Positions 42,247-51,924 of a stretch of 64,000 nt of DNA are shown here, one piece after another. Both the position numbers and the translations under genes were made by a program. A model generated the notes under the pieces. It saw only the letters and a program-made list of their open reading frames with translations, was not told the origin of the DNA and made no database searches. Every line of letters begins with the position of its first letter. Position 1 is the stretch's first letter. Origin of the DNA: a virus; the IMG/VR virus record IMGVR_UViG_3300025648_000013; one strand, given 5' to 3'.

Positions 42247-42612
42247 ATGGAAGTTCAAGTTCTTCATTTTGATCGCGACGGTCTCGGCAATCGTTGGTTT
42301 GAGCATATGGCTACGATTGATCTGTCAAGCTACATGTTTGATAATATGGGAGTAGAAGACGCTCTGGAATATGCCTATCGTCACACTCAGAATCTCGGTG
42401 GTTCCTGGGCGATGGAACGAATGATCGATCATAAGGGCGAACTTTATGAGAATCCCGATTTCAATCCTCATGTGATTGTTGTAAAGCCTCTTGATGGTGA
42501 AAATGGCAAAAAGTGGGGTCATCGCTCGTCTATGGTCGGTGACCGTATGATCATTGATGGTGAAGTTTTTGAGGTTGATACGTTCGGCTTCAAGAATGTG
42601 GAGGGCGAATAA
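42247..42612 (+). CDS. early hypothetical protein (YodL-like RSSMVGD motif)
   Basis: LEYAYRHTQN..GHRSSMVGD. Confidence 0.6.
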   Translation: MEVQVLHFDRDGLGNRWFEHMATIDLSSYMFDNMGVEDALEYAYRHTQNLGGSWAMERMIDHKGELYENPDFNPHVIVVKPLDGENGKKWGHRSSMVGDRMIIDGEVFEVDTFGFKNVEGE

Positions 42613-42821
42613 TGTCTTTTAATCCTCGTCACGGTGGTCCTTATGATCGTGGTAGTGCTGATGCCTATTATGGTCGCCCCTACAAGCCACACTTTTATGA
42701 AAAAGCTACGTATGCATCACCTCTTGTGGAAAAGTCTGATATGACCCCAGAGCAGATTAAAGAATATGAGGTTGGCTTTTATGGGTTGACATCCATCGCG
42801 AATCGTGCTAGGTATACATAA
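42612..42821 (+). CDS. hypothetical protein
   Basis: RHGGPYDRGSADAYYGR. Confidence 0.65.
   Translation: MSFNPRHGGPYDRGSADAYYGRPYKPHFYEKATYASPLVEKSDMTPEQIKEYEVGFYGLTSIANRARYT
42786..42815 (+). promoter_or_regulatory. early promoter with GANTC spacer
   Basis: TTGACA..CGAATCG-TGC-TAGGTA. Confidence 0.65.
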
Positions 42822-42839
42822 TAGAAAACGGAGATTGTC

Positions 42840-43076
42840 ATGAACGCAGATTATTTTTCAATTTCAACAGACACATCTTTCATGAACGATGTCTGCACTG
42901 CTTCCAAGATGATCCTAAACACTCCAGAGAACGTTCGCGATATTCCCTGCGATACATGCCCGAACGCTGACATATGCGCTCTGGCCGTGACTGACTGCGT
43001 TGCATCTCGTGTTTGGTACACTACTGGTGATTTTCTTGACAAAGACGTTGCGCGTCTCATCCGAAAGGCTAAGTGA
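42840..43076 (+). CDS. small Cys-rich protein
   Basis: PCDTC..C..DC. Confidence 0.55.
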   Translation: MNADYFSISTDTSFMNDVCTASKMILNTPENVRDIPCDTCPNADICALAVTDCVASRVWYTTGDFLDKDVARLIRKAK

Positions 43077-43193
43077 TGGAAACGGAAAAATCATTCTCAT
43101 CCTTTGAAGCACTAACACACTTCTCAGAAGTATATGATCTACTTGACAATATTACATATTATGATCCTATTCGCGGTTGGGTGTTGATTCTCG

Positions 43194-43604
43194 ATGAAGA
43201 TTTCGATGAAGATTATGAAGGTCCTCAGCAAGGTTGCTGAAGCCTCGGAACCGTTTGCTAGGGCCAAGATAGCCGCTGCTCTCGTTTACAAAAACGAAAT
43301 CATCGCGATTGGCACTAACAAGAACAAAACGCATCCACTTCAAGGCAGATATGCAAAACATGAAGAAGCTATATATCTTCATGCAGAAATAGATGCAATC
43401 GCTAACGCACTGCGTAGGCATGATGCTGATACCGTGGCTAAATCCAAACTCTACATCTATCGGTGTAAGTGGACACATAGCAAGAAACCTATGATCACTC
43501 AGGGATTGGCTAAGCCGTGTGAAGGCTGTATGCGCGCTATTGCAGCGTTTGATATCAAGCATGTTTGTTATACATTAGAGGACGAAGGTTATGAGTGGCT
43601 ATAA
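43194..43604 (+). CDS. zinc-dependent nucleoside/nucleotide deaminase-like protein
   Basis: LHAEIDA, AKPCEGC. Confidence 0.8.
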   Translation: MKISMKIMKVLSKVAEASEPFARAKIAAALVYKNEIIAIGTNKNKTHPLQGRYAKHEEAIYLHAEIDAIANALRRHDADTVAKSKLYIYRCKWTHSKKPMITQGLAKPCEGCMRAIAAFDIKHVCYTLEDEGYEWL

Positions 43605-44137
43605 TGGGTAAACGAAGTGACTTTGACAGAGTAGAACGTGACTTCTATCCTACTCCGATGAAAGCCGTTCTGCCTCTGTTGCCACATCTGAAGAAGTATT
43701 CTAACTTCTATGAACCATGCGCTGGCGATGGCAGATTGATTGATCATCTTGATTATCACAATCATACTTGTATTGAAGCATGGGATATTGAACCACAAGA
43801 AAAGTGGATTCTACAGTCAAATGCTCTTGACATTCAGTTCAATCCAGTATATTATGGATGGAATATAGATTACATCATCACCAATCCACCTTGGGATCGC
43901 AAGATTCTTCATCCCATGATCGAACACTTCAGCAATCAACTTCCCACTTGGTTGCTGTTTGATGCAGACTGGATGCACACCAAGCAATCATCCGCGCTGA
44001 TGAAACGCTGCGAAATGGTTGTATCTGTGGGTCGTGTAAAGTGGATTGAGGGAAGTAAGACAAGCGGGAAAGACAACTGTGCTTGGTATCTGTTTACAAA
44101 TACAACAAACGCTAAAACTGTTTTTTATGGAAGGTAA
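43604..44137 (+). CDS. DNA amino-methyltransferase (probably N6-adenine)
   Basis: DFYPTP, EPCAGDG, ITNPPW. Confidence 0.85.
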   Translation: MGKRSDFDRVERDFYPTPMKAVLPLLPHLKKYSNFYEPCAGDGRLIDHLDYHNHTCIEAWDIEPQEKWILQSNALDIQFNPVYYGWNIDYIITNPPWDRKILHPMIEHFSNQLPTWLLFDADWMHTKQSSALMKRCEMVVSVGRVKWIEGSKTSGKDNCAWYLFTNTTNAKTVFYGR

Positions 44138-44370
44138 TGATTATGGATAAGTTTATTATTGGTTTGTTTACTGTTTTTGGCACTATCGTTCTCGGTTGTG
44201 CTTATGGTCTGCTGATGGCATGGCCTGTTATGTGGCTATGGAATGCTGATCTTGTTCCTGCTATGACTATTTTGCGCCCTATTGGTTGGATTCAAGCATG
44301 GTGCATCTCGATTCTAGTATCGCTTCTTGGTTCTCATGTGAGTGTGAGTAAAGATTGGAGTAAGGATTAA
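44137..44370 (+). CDS. small membrane protein
   Basis: WPVMWLWN..IGWIQAW. Confidence 0.6.
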   Translation: MIMDKFIIGLFTVFGTIVLGCAYGLLMAWPVMWLWNADLVPAMTILRPIGWIQAWCISILVSLLGSHVSVSKDWSKD

Positions 44371-44372
44371 TC

Positions 44373-44687
44373 ATGGCAATCTTTATTATTGAAACTGTTT
44401 CTTCACACCGTATGCGTTATGCGGTAGAAGCACATACTCTTGAAGATGCTAAGAATGAAGTTGCCCTTAAGACATCATTCTATGATGATGACTGGCGTGA
44501 AATGTCACAATATCATATTGGTGAAGTTATCTCCAGTGGTCATGAAGTCACACCTGAAGAATATTTGACTATGTTCGATGAGGACAACGATTATCTCCGA
44601 GACGCATGGCAAGATGAACGTAAGTTTCAACAGATCAATCATATCGAGTATCCTGGCATCAAGGCTATCGATCTGGACGATATCTGA
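44373..44687 (+). CDS. hypothetical protein
   Basis: ETVSSHRMRYAVE. Confidence 0.6.
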   Translation: MAIFIIETVSSHRMRYAVEAHTLEDAKNEVALKTSFYDDDWREMSQYHIGEVISSGHEVTPEEYLTMFDEDNDYLRDAWQDERKFQQINHIEYPGIKAIDLDDI

Positions 44688-44966
44688 TTTTTTCTGAAAA
44701 AACTGGTTGACATTTATCTCCCTTTTGCTATGATGAGTTATCAGAGAGCGAGAGGGAGATTTTTTATGATCAAGGTTGGTGATTCGGTCCGTTCGTGCAT
44801 TTGGCCCAACAAAGATCGCGTTGGTGTTGTCGCTGAGATTGACGGCGCTCTAATCTCGGTGTTTTTCGGTCGTGAACATGCCCCGCCCTTTCCTGATCCA
44901 TTCTGGTTGTACTGCAAAGAAGAACTGAGGGCCGTTGATCCTCTTGAACTGTATAAGTGAGGCTTT

Positions 44967-45536
44967 ATGATTGATCCTGATGTGTATGAAGATGCGTATG
45001 GTCGTCGCGGCTGCAATCCTGTTGATTGTATGTCCTGTGGTGGCAGTGGTGTAGAATATGGTGAAACTTGCATCACTTGTGGTGGTGAAGGTTTCCTGAT
45101 CGATGACGAGGAAGCTATCCTGCAAGATCGTAACATCGTTGAACTGATTCTGGATGAAAAACTGGATGACATCAAGGCTCATCTGCCCGCCGAAGATCGT
45201 GATCGTCTGACTCAGTTTGAGAGCAATATCCATTTTGATATTGCTCGTCGCGTAAGGCTGATTGGCATGAAGCTGGAATATCTCCGTGAGCGTGGTATTG
45301 ATCGTAAAACGTTTGCAATCGATCCGAAGCACAGTGTTGGTGTTGATGCTTTCCTGCGTAGTGTTGGTGTTGATGCTTTCATGCGTCCTATTATTTTCAA
45401 GAACTTTGATAACGACATTATCAGTGGTCTGAAGATTGGTGAAGACGTTCGCAACACGATCCGCAATAACCTTGGTCGCACGGCAAAGTACGAAGCGATT
45501 CGTGATGCTTGGTTTCCTGGTGTAATCTTTAACTAA
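44967..45536 (+). CDS. hypothetical protein with DnaJ-type CxxCxGxG motifs
   Basis: CMSCGGSG, CITCGGEG; 27-nt tandem duplication at 45333-45386. Confidence 0.6.
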   Translation: MIDPDVYEDAYGRRGCNPVDCMSCGGSGVEYGETCITCGGEGFLIDDEEAILQDRNIVELILDEKLDDIKAHLPAEDRDRLTQFESNIHFDIARRVRLIGMKLEYLRERGIDRKTFAIDPKHSVGVDAFLRSVGVDAFMRPIIFKNFDNDIISGLKIGEDVRNTIRNNLGRTAKYEAIRDAWFPGVIFN

Positions 45537-45761
45537 GGATGTTCGCGGTGGTAAAGATTCGGTGTAAAAATACGGGTGAGGTGTATGAAGCTGTAGAAAA
45601 CTATAGCGGAGGCACATATAAACAGAAGCGGGGTACTTTTCGCCCATTGCTTCTAGAAGAATGGATTGAAATATCCTGATATCGCCCTGCCTTTTCTCTT
45701 GACAGTTTGTTTTATTTTTGTTACACATTGCGTATACAAGATGTACGAAAGGTCTCTGTAA

Positions 45762-46316
45762 GTGAATATCTTTTATATCGATGAGTCTGCACAGCAATGC
45801 GCTGAGTGGATGGTTGATAAACATTGCGTCAAGATGATCGTTGAGACGGCACAACTGTTGTCTACTGCACATCGCATTCTTGACGGTGATGAGTATGTTG
45901 GTGAATCTAAAACTGGTCGTAAAGCAAAGCGTTGGCGATTGAATGATGGTCGTCAAGATGTTTTGTATTCTGCTAGTCATATCAATCACCCTTCTGCTGT
46001 GTGGGTGCGACAGTCGGTAGAAAACTATAACTGGCTTGTAGATCATCTGTTTGCTCTTGGCGATGAGTACACTTATCGTTACGGCAAGAAACATTCGACA
46101 ATCGAAAAGCTTGGTTATCAGTTGCAGTCTCCACCTTACAAGTTGAAAGAATGGGACTGGACTCCAATGCCTTGCTGTATGCCAGACGAATACAAAGTGT
46201 CAGATGATCCTGTATTGAACTATCGAAACTATTATGTCAATGCGAAGGCATATCTGAAAAGTTATAAGAATCGTCAACCACCGCCATGGTGGCCAGACGA
46301 TTCTGGTGTCTTTTAA
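45762..46316 (+). CDS. pyrimidine-dimer glycosylase/DenV-related protein; 3' end supplied by the HE5 element
   Basis: MNIFY..DKHCVKMIVETAQLLSTAH..HINHPSAVW..EYTYRYGKKH. Confidence 0.75.
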   Translation: MNIFYIDESAQQCAEWMVDKHCVKMIVETAQLLSTAHRILDGDEYVGESKTGRKAKRWRLNDGRQDVLYSASHINHPSAVWVRQSVENYNWLVDHLFALGDEYTYRYGKKHSTIEKLGYQLQSPPYKLKEWDWTPMPCCMPDEYKVSDDPVLNYRNYYVNAKAYLKSYKNRQPPPWWPDDSGVF

Positions 46317-47049
46317 AATTACCAGGGTCGTACATTTTACCACAGTGCTTACATTCTATTTTTGCTGGTTTGGTAAATGATGTAACTTTACGTCCCTTTC
46401 TACTCCTTAGAATTTTTAATTCTTTGGCACGCTCTTCTCCGTGAATTTCTTCATACGTTTTCCCTTTGAGATATTCTTTCGAAACGCCAGTGGTACGTTT
46501 TCGTATTTGTTCTTTTAGCACTTGCGCCTTTTCCTCGCCGTAAATCTCCTCATATCTCTTACCCTGTCTTTTGGAACGCAGAGCGTCTTTCGTAATTTCT
46601 GTATGATGCTTTCCAAGCATTCCTCTCGGATGAGTTTTATCTGGACTTTTATTCCACGACATTAACGAGTTGCTGTCCAATTCTTCTTTCATTTTATCAC
46701 TCCGGCGCTGTCGTCTATTTTTGGTCCAGTATTTTTTCGCGCCTTCTTGCATCTTTTGTTTTTGTACGGTGGATCTTGGAGAACTATTACCCTCTCCACC
46801 CTCGCATACATTATGCAATATTCCGTTTGGATCTATATTTTTCCTACCATACCACCTAATATATCGTCTTTCAAGAGCACATGCTCCTACATTACTAAGG
46901 CGTGTTTCGAGAAATACAATTTTAGATGTGTCTTTAGGAGTAGATATTCTACCATGATCTATAAATGCCCTTGTGCCTTTACCTTTACCGATATAGTATG
47001 GTGTGTTAGCCGAAGATCGTAAATAGGCATATACGTAATAAATAAACAT
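46237..47049 (-). mobile_element. free-standing GIY-YIG endonuclease (HE5, same family as HE1)
   Basis: [34 protein letters not shown]; YEEIxG repeats. Confidence 0.88.
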
Positions 47050-47116
47050 TGCTGGTGCTCCTTAATAGCAGTAGTGCGGTTGGACATGCCACTGTCGCGA
47101 ACCGTATCTATTTATA
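47050..47116 (-). promoter_or_regulatory. late promoter plus two-hairpin endonuclease leader, copy 5
   Basis: TATAAATA..CGGTT-CGC-GACA-GTGGCA-TGTC-C-AACCG..CTA-CTGCT..GGAGCAC-CAGCA-ATG. Confidence 0.8.
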
Positions 47117-47118
47117 TG

Positions 47119-47172
47119 AAAACACATCTTCACAAGTGGACTAAGCGTGATGCACCGGAATGGATAGCATAA
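47119..47172 (+). pseudogene. displaced original 3' end of the 45762 gene
   Basis: KTHLHKWTKRDAPEWIA* is colinear with KAYLKSYKNRQPPPWW. Confidence 0.8.
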
Positions 47173-47195
47173 ATACTCCTAAAAAGGAGTATACT

Positions 47196-48113
47196 ATGGC
47201 ACAGTTAAGTGCAGCCGAACTAAGAAAATATAGTTGGCGCCCAGAAGTCTTTATCAAAAAGATTCAAGACAAATCGCCATTTGAAATATCTGGGGGTAAG
47301 AAGGTAACTCTTCTTGCCCCTGCTTCTGTTATTACTACTTTACGTTCAGGATCTAACTCAGAACTAAATGCACTTAGGATTGCGGATATCGAAGGAAATC
47401 TATACAAACTAAGTGATTTTGTAAAAAATAAAGAGTTTGGTGGTAAAGGCGAAGGATCTGGTATGATCAAAGAAGATCGTGCTTTGGCTTCACTTAGAGA
47501 GCAGATAAATAAAGCAAAGACTGATATAGGCAAAGCAACGATACAAATCAAAATAGGAAACACAACCTATGATGTATTTGATGTTGTCTCTACACCAGGA
47601 ACACCAAAGTCAGACTTTCATCTGATAGACAACGACGGTAAAGAAGTTGCATGGATATCACATAAAGACGGCTCAAGGGCAAAAGACTTTCAGCAATGGG
47701 GCGGCGTATCACAAAGCAAAGAGCCGACGATATACTCCGATAGAGAAACACAAGCCCTTATTAAGGACATCAAAAACAAATATCCTAATGGATTGCCCAA
47801 TGTCACAACAGTCGCAAGAAAGATCAAAGAGAAGCGTTTAAAGATGTTGTCTGTATATGGCAACGAATATGGTAAAAGATATAGCCGTCAAAATGTCACT
47901 TTGATGTTACAGGGTGATATCAAGCTATCAAAATCTGGTTCATATTATATCATAACTGCTACTCATACACATTTGAATGGTGAAGATATGACAAATGATT
48001 ATGAACCTGTGTTTATGGCAATATATAAAGGCGATAGAAGTGACTTTGGTATTAGAGGAACTCGCGTCGTTATTGCTCCTCTTGGATGCAGAAAGATTAC
48101 AGAGTTTATATAA
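47196..48113 (+). CDS. putative PD-(D/E)XK-fold nuclease
   Basis: E..TPKSDF..WISHK..FQQWGG. Confidence 0.5.
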   Translation: MAQLSAAELRKYSWRPEVFIKKIQDKSPFEISGGKKVTLLAPASVITTLRSGSNSELNALRIADIEGNLYKLSDFVKNKEFGGKGEGSGMIKEDRALASLREQINKAKTDIGKATIQIKIGNTTYDVFDVVSTPGTPKSDFHLIDNDGKEVAWISHKDGSRAKDFQQWGGVSQSKEPTIYSDRETQALIKDIKNKYPNGLPNVTTVARKIKEKRLKMLSVYGNEYGKRYSRQNVTLMLQGDIKLSKSGSYYIITATHTHLNGEDMTNDYEPVFMAIYKGDRSDFGIRGTRVVIAPLGCRKITEFI

Positions 48114-48142
48114 ATACAACATAATCCAGCAATCAAGGCATA

Positions 48143-49306
48143 ATGATGATCAACTTCCTATCATTCTTATCAGAAGCAGTAGAACACATCGGTGGTATCC
48201 AACATATTGAGCATCCATCCGATAGAACATTTGACGGACCAGAAGCGGCACAACATGCAGTAGACACGCTACGTGGTGCAGCAACAGGAACTGCTCCAAT
48301 CTCACGTAAGATTGACGATAAGATGTCATACAATGTCATCAAGACTCCTGATGGTCGCGTTGGTGTAAAATACAAGGGCAAAGGTTCGCATTACAACTTC
48401 ACCAGCGAAGATGTCGATACACAGCATGGGCACAAGCCATATCTTGCTCATCCTCTGAAGCTATTACTAGAGCATCTACCAAAAGTCCTACCTGATCGCC
48501 CAGGCGAGTGGCAGGGTGGTTATATGAGCGATCCATCAATGAGAACAATCTCAAATGGTCGTATCTCACATCAACCAAACACAATCGAATATTCTGTACC
48601 AACAGACACGAAAGAGGGGCAGAAGCTTCGCAACTCTAAAGTCTCTACAGTTATTCACAGCGAACTTACAGGTCCGAACAGGGAAGCACATCCTGTTACG
48701 GACCTTTCTGAGTTTAAAGAGCATCCAGACGTTCACATGGTGAGTCATCTAGTATCACACGATGAACAACATGGCATTGATCCTGTTGCAAAGCGTCAAG
48801 CATTGACACATCTAGACCGCGCTGAAAAGCTAATGAAGAATCACACCTATGATCATTTAGCTGGCCACGAGATTCCACTTCGCACTTATATCAACTCAAC
48901 AGTATCGTCTGGTGAAGAGCCAACGGTTGAAGGATATAAAGAGCATCTTGGTCGTTCTCATCAAAAGAAAATCGATGCTGTTAAGATGCAAAAGACCAAA
49001 GACGCTAAGACAGCCGAACGCGATGCTGCAATGAAACACGTTGAAGAGAATGCAAAGTCTTTTGGTAAGTCGCTAAAGATTCATGGGCACGTTCAAAATG
49101 CCACCAACATTCTAGCAAGAGCATTGGCCAAGTCTGCACATGGCGGATATGGGCACGCGATTGAAGGCAAAGAAACTGGACCAGAAGGTTTCGTTTCAAA
49201 CGGGCTAAAGATCGTTGATCGTGGTGAAGGTGGCTTCAGTCAAGCGAATCGTGCTCGAAGTGCCATTCTTCGCCATTCTCCCAAACTCTCAAAGATGGTA
49301 AGTTAA
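48143..49306 (+). CDS. conserved T4-like late protein (His-rich), partner of the cytidyltransferase
   Basis: HIEHP.D, KIDD, PNTIEY, PEGFV, FSQAN; MINFLSFLSE N-terminus. Confidence 0.65.
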   Translation: MMINFLSFLSEAVEHIGGIQHIEHPSDRTFDGPEAAQHAVDTLRGAATGTAPISRKIDDKMSYNVIKTPDGRVGVKYKGKGSHYNFTSEDVDTQHGHKPYLAHPLKLLLEHLPKVLPDRPGEWQGGYMSDPSMRTISNGRISHQPNTIEYSVPTDTKEGQKLRNSKVSTVIHSELTGPNREAHPVTDLSEFKEHPDVHMVSHLVSHDEQHGIDPVAKRQALTHLDRAEKLMKNHTYDHLAGHEIPLRTYINSTVSSGEEPTVEGYKEHLGRSHQKKIDAVKMQKTKDAKTAERDAAMKHVEENAKSFGKSLKIHGHVQNATNILARALAKSAHGGYGHAIEGKETGPEGFVSNGLKIVDRGEGGFSQANRARSAILRHSPKLSKMVS

Positions 49307-49307
49307 T

Positions 49308-50126
49308 ATGGGCGATTTTTACGATAAGATTACAAAGAGAATCGAAGCTGCCAAGGGCACACAGTCTGCTATTCAAGCTGGTGCAACTATGACTGGTTCT
49401 CAGCCAAATCAGATTCTAATCAATCCAGACGTACAACTTCGTACCGAAGCTGCTGATCCTGATATGTTTCGCAAGCATCACACACTGTTCTGGGGTCGTG
49501 CAAATCCACCACATGCTGGTCATGAAGCAGCATATGATGTTGTGAAAAAAACAGCAAAGAAGAATGGTGGCACATCGTCAATGGTTCTCACGCGATCACA
49601 AGATCCAAAGAAGAACCCATTAACACCAGAACAAAAAGAAGAACACGCTAAGGCTGCTTTTCCTGATGTCAATACTTCTGTAACAGATAAAGACCATCCT
49701 ACACTAATGCATCACTTGTCAAAGCTACACGAGAATGGTGTTACTGATCTACATCTTGTTGCTGGTTCAGATCGTATTCCAGAATATCAAAGACTACTTG
49801 ACCAATACAATGGTGTTCATGGTCCACATGGGTACTACAACTTCAAAAAAATCAACATCCATTCGTCTGGTGATCGCGATCCAGACGCGGAAGGCGTTGC
49901 TGGTATCTCTGCATCAGTCATGCGCGGGCACGCTGGTGCTGGTCGCCAGAAAGAGTTTGAAGCTGGTGCACCATCTGCAATGAAGCCAGAACAAAGAACA
50001 AAAATGTATAATGACGTTCGCGCTGGCATGGCTGCTGGTAAGGGCAAGAAGGGTCTGAAAGAAAGCATGGAAGACTGTGATATCTGCGGCAGAACGGGAT
50101 GCTTGGTTCACAGAAGAAAGTACTAA
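49308..50126 (+). CDS. HxGH cytidyltransferase-like protein
   Basis: GRANPPHAGH, KNPL, VAGSDR, RDPDAEG..SASVMR. Confidence 0.85.
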   Translation: MGDFYDKITKRIEAAKGTQSAIQAGATMTGSQPNQILINPDVQLRTEAADPDMFRKHHTLFWGRANPPHAGHEAAYDVVKKTAKKNGGTSSMVLTRSQDPKKNPLTPEQKEEHAKAAFPDVNTSVTDKDHPTLMHHLSKLHENGVTDLHLVAGSDRIPEYQRLLDQYNGVHGPHGYYNFKKINIHSSGDRDPDAEGVAGISASVMRGHAGAGRQKEFEAGAPSAMKPEQRTKMYNDVRAGMAAGKGKKGLKESMEDCDICGRTGCLVHRRKY

Positions 50127-50128
50127 TC

Positions 50129-51199
50129 ATGGATCCAAGAGTGTTTAAACCTAAGTTACCACATGTACTCAAAACTGGCTCAGTTGGTAACAACCCTGGA
50201 TTTCAAAGCAAACCTCGCGTTTCTGAACCTGCGATGGCAGTATCTAAGCAACAGCATTCTATTAAAAAGAAAATCACAGGCACAGATATTCGTTCTGATC
50301 GACCATATGGTGCACAACCAACTAAAGCTGATGCTGTGACAAAACACCTTAAAGACCAGCAACATGCTTTAAAGATACACAAACAAAACTTTGCTAATGC
50401 TGCTCGTGCTAAAACGAATCCAGCTAAACCACATAATCCACAGAATGCTGGAGACAAAAATCCACTTTCGGTGTTTGAAGATGTGAAGCCAAAGAAGTAC
50501 AAGAAAGCACCAAACTACAAAGATAAGCAGATCATGGGGCTTAATGCCACTTTTGGTGGTAACAATCAGAGTCAAGGGGATACAACAGGCGTGACTACAA
50601 ATCCATACGAAAGTGCCCGATACAACATTCCTTTTGATCGTGCTGGCTCAGACGATAAGCCTATTGGTCTAGACAAAGACCTCGAATCAAAAGATACCAC
50701 AAAGCAACTGAAGCGCCGCAAAGCAATGAAGCTTGTGAAAGCGTATGTTGATGAAGAAGGCATTGGCGGTGAAGGCACTTCAGGTGGTTGGGGAGCAGAG
50801 AATGCTGGTGACCCAGGTGCTTCTGCTAGTGGTGGTCAGAACTATACACTAGCAAAGAATGCAAACTCTAAAGGCTACAAGAAAGCCAAGACATTCAAGG
50901 CGATGAAAGAATCGCTTTTTTCTGAAATGGGTTTCGATGGCATCTCTGGTGCAACTGATGCAAGCCCAAATCAAGACGAAATAAATACTGGTACTATCGG
51001 TCAGCCATTGACGATTGACTCAGCTATCAGCAATGAGAAGCGCAAAGCCAAGAAAAAGGCAGTCAAAGAGGAAATCGAAGTATCACTTGGAACCACAGGG
51101 AAACGCAAGAAAGTGTTTTCATCAAAAGTTCCTATTCGTATGGCAGACGGTTCTATTAAATCATTACCACCTGGTAAAAGTGGAAGTTCAGGGCATTAA
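50129..51199 (+). CDS. low-complexity charged late protein (probable head-internal)
   Basis: Lys/Gly-rich with internal xxE sites. Confidence 0.55.
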   Translation: MDPRVFKPKLPHVLKTGSVGNNPGFQSKPRVSEPAMAVSKQQHSIKKKITGTDIRSDRPYGAQPTKADAVTKHLKDQQHALKIHKQNFANAARAKTNPAKPHNPQNAGDKNPLSVFEDVKPKKYKKAPNYKDKQIMGLNATFGGNNQSQGDTTGVTTNPYESARYNIPFDRAGSDDKPIGLDKDLESKDTTKQLKRRKAMKLVKAYVDEEGIGGEGTSGGWGAENAGDPGASASGGQNYTLAKNANSKGYKKAKTFKAMKESLFSEMGFDGISGATDASPNQDEINTGTIGQPLTIDSAISNEKRKAKKKAVKEEIEVSLGTTGKRKKVFSSKVPIRMADGSIKSLPPGKSGSSGH

Positions 51200-51201
51200 T
51201 A

Positions 51202-51924
51202 GTGAATGAGAAAGAGCAAAAACTTCTGAATAATCTATCTAGACTTCTGGGCAATCCAGAAGTTTCAGAAAGTGCATTTAAGCAGATTGAAGAAGCGGCT
51301 GCAAAGAAAGAGAAAGAGCGCAAACTATTAGAACAGTTTGAGAATGCTCTACTTGGTGTTGCTGCTCCAAAGAAGATTGAAGAGAAGTCTGAAGTTATTG
51401 TAGAGACATTTGTTGATAAGCGCAATGAGACTACTCGACAAATAACACAACCTAACTCTGCTGCCACTCCAGTTGAACCACAACCAAAAGTTCCTGAGAC
51501 GATTATTAAATCTGCGCCGCCAGAGATTCCGCCAGCAATGCGGAAAGAGATAGATCAACTCAAAAAGACAGTGCTGAATCTACATCAGTTTGCCTCGCGT
51601 ATCTCTCAAATGGGAGGCGGCGGGGCTGGTTCTGTTGATGAACTAACCTTTCGCGCAATCGGTGTTAATACAAACTATACAGCAAAGAACCATGATTATT
51701 ATATCGGTGTTAACTGTCCTACAACATGTACGATCACATTACCACCATTGAAGAAAAGTGGATATCAGATTGTCGTGAAAGATGAGAGTGGTCAGTGTGC
51801 TATAAATAACATCACAGTGGTTGCATCGAACGGCGACACAATCGACAACGACACTTCTGCAATAATGGGTATTAATAATATGAGTTTGACTTTTATCTAT
51901 CGTAATGGCTGGAGAATTATCTAA
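51202..51924 (+). CDS. virion-associated protein
   Basis: GGGGAG linker; DYYIGV..TITLP..VVKDESG..YRNGWRII. Confidence 0.6.
   Translation: MNEKEQKLLNNLSRLLGNPEVSESAFKQIEEAAAKKEKERKLLEQFENALLGVAAPKKIEEKSEVIVETFVDKRNETTRQITQPNSAATPVEPQPKVPETIIKSAPPEIPPAMRKEIDQLKKTVLNLHQFASRISQMGGGGAGSVDELTFRAIGVNTNYTAKNHDYYIGVNCPTTCTITLPPLKKSGYQIVVKDESGQCAINNITVVASNGDTIDNDTSAIMGINNMSLTFIYRNGWRII

Noticed and set aside
44850-46094. 414-aa minus-strand ORF
   Set aside because: Antisense to several well-formed plus-strand genes and has no motifs.
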